A DNA stretch of 35,250 nucleotides from Chthoniobacteraceae bacterium (GTDB lineage Bacteria > Verrucomicrobiota > Verrucomicrobiia > Chthoniobacterales > Chthoniobacteraceae). Made by a program: the position numbers and the translations under genes. Below are positions 32,487 to 35,250 of the stretch, piece after piece. The first letter of the stretch is position 1; each line of letters begins with the position of its first letter. The stretch is from contig JBEBGD010000059.1 of assembly GCA_040081625.1 (NCBI GenBank), positions 1 through 35,250 on the forward strand. The letters are read 5' to 3'. The notes beneath the pieces were generated by a model, which saw only the letters and a program-made list of their open reading frames with translations, ran no database searches and had not been told where the DNA came from.

Positions 32487-32639
32487 GTCGGCAGATTGAA
32501 TCCGATCACGGAGCAGCAATCTCAAGCGCCGCCAAGGAGAAGATTCATGGCTGCTCCGCCGGGAAGAATGAAACCTCCTGCATCGATGGACCGTCTCGTT
32601 CGCTCGTGATCTCCAATCCAGCGTGCGAATACTAACTGC

Positions 32640-33098
32640 ATGAGCGATTCCAATCCGCCGGCTTGCCAGTTGCGTGTTCATTCCGAGAGCGCGGATCGGG
32701 CGACGGCGTTTGTGCGCCAGCAGCGGCTGGAGATCGGACGTCCGCTCTCGTTCGACGAGAAATACGAGGGCATCACCGCGATCGAGGCGTTCGCGGGTGC
32801 GCTGATGGCGGACATCATCAACGGTCTGCAACTGCGCGCGAAGGAACGCAGAATCGAGATCGAGCGCGTCGAGGGCGTCGTGAAGATCTGGCTGAAGAAT
32901 GCGCTGACCTTTCTCCCGGTGGTCGGTGAGGAGGGCGATCCCTCGGTCGAGTCGGCGAGCGTGCAGCTTTATGTCAGCACGCTCGCGCCGGAGGAAGCCG
33001 TGCGCTCATTGCTGGAGGAGACGCTCGCACGAGCGCCGATCTACCTGACGTTGCGCAAGGCCGCGACGGTGAGCGTCAATTTTCAAGTGGTCATCTAG
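32640..33098 (+). CDS. OsmC/Ohr-fold protein lacking the canonical cysteines
   Basis: 152 aa. The pattern '...T(A)IEAFAGAL.AD.......AKERRIEIERVE.......RAPIY.TL' follows the OsmC layout, with D and A where the two Cys normally sit. Confidence 0.7.
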   Translation: MSDSNPPACQLRVHSESADRATAFVRQQRLEIGRPLSFDEKYEGITAIEAFAGALMADIINGLQLRAKERRIEIERVEGVVKIWLKNALTFLPVVGEEGDPSVESASVQLYVSTLAPEEAVRSLLEETLARAPIYLTLRKAATVSVNFQVVI

Positions 33099-33147
33099 CC
33101 TGAGAAGAATGATCTCGATTCCATGCACTCCATGAACCCCCATCAAC

Positions 33148-34308
33148 ATGTATCGACTCACCGCTGAACAAGCCGCATTCGTCGCGCGGTCGCGCGACAT
33201 CGCGGAGAACCAAATTGCCCCGCACGCGGCCCGTGTGGATGAAACGTCCGCATTCCCCGGCGAATCGGTGCGAGCGCTAGCGGAGTCCGGACTGCTCGGC
33301 CTGACGATTCCGCCGGAGTTCGGAGGCTTTGGGCAGGGGCCGCGCGTCGTCGCCGCGGTTGTGGAAGAGATCGCCCGGCGCTGCAGTTCGACGGCGATGA
33401 TTTACATGATGCATCTCGCGGGAGTGGCATGCTATCTCGCGGCGCCGAGGAAGCCGGAGACTGTGCTCCGCGAGGCTGCTGCCGGGCGGCATCTCAGCAC
33501 GCTGGCATTCAGCGAAAAGGGTTCGCGCAGTCACTTCTGGGCTCCGCTCAGCAAGGCGACGCGGCCGGCGCAGAATGGAACGGTGAGTCTTTCGGCGGAG
33601 AAGTCGTGGGTCACTTCCGCCGGTCACGCTGACGCGATGGCGGTTTCGACGCGATGGGATCGCGGCACGCAACCGCTGGAGTCGATGATCTATCTCGTCC
33701 TGCGCGACGATCCCGGCGTCAGCGTGAGCGGCACTTGGGATGCGCTCGGGATGCGGGGCAATCAAAGCGCGCCGGTGCGGCTCGAAGGCGTGGGGCTGGA
33801 GGAGTCGAGCCGCTCGCTGTGCGAGCCGGGCAAGGGCTTCGAGATGATGCTCGGTGTGGTGCTGCCGTTGTTTCACGTGTGCCAGGCGGCCATCGCGCTT
33901 GGCATTTGCGAAGCAGCCATCGCTGCCACGCAGGCGCATCTGACGGGCGCGAAGTTCCTGCATCTCGATTCACGCCTCTGCGATCTTCCGAACCTCCGTG
34001 CTCAACTCGCGCGGATGCGACTGATGACCGACCGCGCTCGCGCGCATCTGGTCTGCACGCTCGATGCCATTGAAACCGGCCGCGCCGACGCGCAGGTGCT
34101 CGTGCTCGAGATCAAGGCCTCGGCGAGCGAGACGGCGGTGGAGGTGACCGATCTCGCGATGCGGACGTGCGGCGGCGCGGCGTTCAACCGGGCGCTCGGG
34201 ATCGAGCGGCTCTTTCGCGACGCGCGCGCAGCTGTGGTCATGGCGCCGACGACCGATCACGCTCACGAGTTCCTCGGTCGCGCGCTGTGCGGCATGGAGG
34301 TGTTCTAA
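33148..34308 (+). CDS. Acyl-CoA dehydrogenase family flavoprotein (non-canonical)
   Basis: Motifs IAPHAARVD...FP, GLLGLTIPPEFGG, LAFSE.GS, KSWVTSA, W..LGMRG..S, EPGKGF, KASASE and GG.AF.....IERLFRDARA. Confidence 0.9.
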   Translation: MYRLTAEQAAFVARSRDIAENQIAPHAARVDETSAFPGESVRALAESGLLGLTIPPEFGGFGQGPRVVAAVVEEIARRCSSTAMIYMMHLAGVACYLAAPRKPETVLREAAAGRHLSTLAFSEKGSRSHFWAPLSKATRPAQNGTVSLSAEKSWVTSAGHADAMAVSTRWDRGTQPLESMIYLVLRDDPGVSVSGTWDALGMRGNQSAPVRLEGVGLEESSRSLCEPGKGFEMMLGVVLPLFHVCQAAIALGICEAAIAATQAHLTGAKFLHLDSRLCDLPNLRAQLARMRLMTDRARAHLVCTLDAIETGRADAQVLVLEIKASASETAVEVTDLAMRTCGGAAFNRALGIERLFRDARAAVVMAPTTDHAHEFLGRALCGMEVF

Positions 34309-34320
34309 CTGCCCGTCATC

Positions 34321-35154
34321 ATGGCCAATCACAAACCCATCATCGTCGGCGCGGTCCTCTACGATCCGAAAGTATCCGTCATCTGGGAGATCATCCGCGA
34401 CTTCTTCGACGCGAGCGGTTGCCCGATGGACGTCGTCTTCTACACGAACTACGAACTGCAGGTGAAGGCGCTGCTCGACGGGCATCTCGACATCGCGTGG
34501 AACTCGCCGCTGGCGTGGCTCGATGCGCAGCGCCGGTCGGGCAGTCGTTGCCGTGCGATCGCGATGCGCGACACGGATCGCGATCGTGTGTCGCACATCG
34601 TGGTGCGGACGGACAGCGACCTGCGCGAACTCGCGGACTTTCGCGGCAAGACCATCGCGTTTGGCGCGAAGGATTCACCGCAGGCGACGTTGATTCCCAT
34701 CGGCCTGCTTCAGCGGCAGGGGATGGAGCCGGGGCGCGATTTTGATGTGCGGCGATTCGACGTGCTCGTCGGGAAGCACGGGGATCACATCGGCGGGGAA
34801 GGCGATGCGTTTCAGTGTCTCGCGAGCGGCGAGGCTGCGGCGTGTGCAATGCTCGACCTCAACTGGGCCGCGTGGACGCAGGACGGTCGCATCGACAGCC
34901 AGCGCTTCCGCATCCTCGCGACGACGGATCGATTCGATCACTGCGTCTTTGCAGTCCGCGATGACTTTGATCCCGACGCAGCGCAGCGATGGTTGCGGGT
35001 GTTGTTCTCGATGGACTACCAGAATCCGAAGCATCGCGAGATGATGGACCTCGAAGGTCTGCGCGAATGGCTGCCGGGGCGCACCAGCGGCTTCGGTCCG
35101 CTCGCCGAGGCCGTCGAGCGACAGCGCTTCTTCTCCGCCGCGAATCCCGAGTGA
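34321..35154 (+). CDS. PhnD/SsuA-fold (type 2 periplasmic-binding fold) protein without signal peptide
   Basis: Motifs Y...V.AL..G.LDIAW, S.IVVR.DS.L..L.D..GK.IAFG..DS..A.LIP and L.SGEA.A are typical of PhnD-like proteins. There is no N-terminal h-region or lipobox. Confidence 0.85.
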   Translation: MANHKPIIVGAVLYDPKVSVIWEIIRDFFDASGCPMDVVFYTNYELQVKALLDGHLDIAWNSPLAWLDAQRRSGSRCRAIAMRDTDRDRVSHIVVRTDSDLRELADFRGKTIAFGAKDSPQATLIPIGLLQRQGMEPGRDFDVRRFDVLVGKHGDHIGGEGDAFQCLASGEAAACAMLDLNWAAWTQDGRIDSQRFRILATTDRFDHCVFAVRDDFDPDAAQRWLRVLFSMDYQNPKHREMMDLEGLREWLPGRTSGFGPLAEAVERQRFFSAANPE

Positions 35155-35250
35155 GCGAGCTGCCGCTCTTTCCCGTCACCACGGTCGGGAGCTGGCCGCG
35201 ACCGGCGGCTCTGTTGCGCGCGCAGAAGTTGTGTCGTGAGGGGCGCATTC
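35151..35250 (+). CDS. Cobalamin-independent methionine synthase II (MetE-like single barrel) family protein, N-terminus only (3' truncated by window edge)
   Basis: Not in the ORF track. The GTG overlapping the previous stop (GTGA) gives MSELPLFPVTTVGSWPRPAALLRAQKLCREGRI. The 'LP.FP.TT.GS.P' motif opens the catalytic MetE barrel. Confidence 0.8.
   Translation, partial: MSELPLFPVTTVGSWPRPAALLRAQKLCREGRI

Noticed and set aside
32487..32831. N-terminal extension of the ppc ORF
   Set aside because: It overlaps the divergent OsmC-like gene, and ATG 32486 gives a typical Ppc length.
33109..33167. Tiny ORFs before the ACAD gene (MISIPCTP* at 33109-33135; MHSMNPHQHVSTHR* at 33123-33167) and a CCATG-like periodicity
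   Set aside because: They are too short, internal to the operon and lack attenuator hairpins, so a leader-peptide role cannot be supported.

Overview
High-GC, gene-dense bacterial DNA, most likely Verrucomicrobiota (Chthoniobacterales-like). This is inferred from the Gloeo_Verruco/GloVer repeats and an LEPR-XLL-type N-terminal motif. Plus strand, left: the 3' end of an Xre/MbcA/ParS-type antitoxin, a RES toxin, a coupled membrane-anchored hypothetical protein, a ~2200-aa mosaic secreted protein (13 GloVer repeats with an inserted P-domain, Fn3-like domains, a trypsin-like protease, Ig-like domains), a CHASE2 adenylate cyclase, and a 1734-aa internally duplicated FG-GAP protein. Centre: surE and a treS-mak/treZ/treY trehalose-glycogen cluster. 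Minus strand: a tricorn-type S41 protease, an SLC13/TrkA-C transporter and ppc. Right end, divergent from ppc, is the best candidate for an undescribed system. It is an operon of an OsmC-fold protein lacking both catalytic Cys, an acyl-CoA dehydrogenase-fold protein lacking the catalytic Glu, a PhnD-fold protein with no signal peptide, and the start of a single-barrel MetE-like enzyme missing from the ORF track. I found no rRNA, tRNA, CRISPR array or transposase. All calls come from motif recognition by eye; no searches were run.
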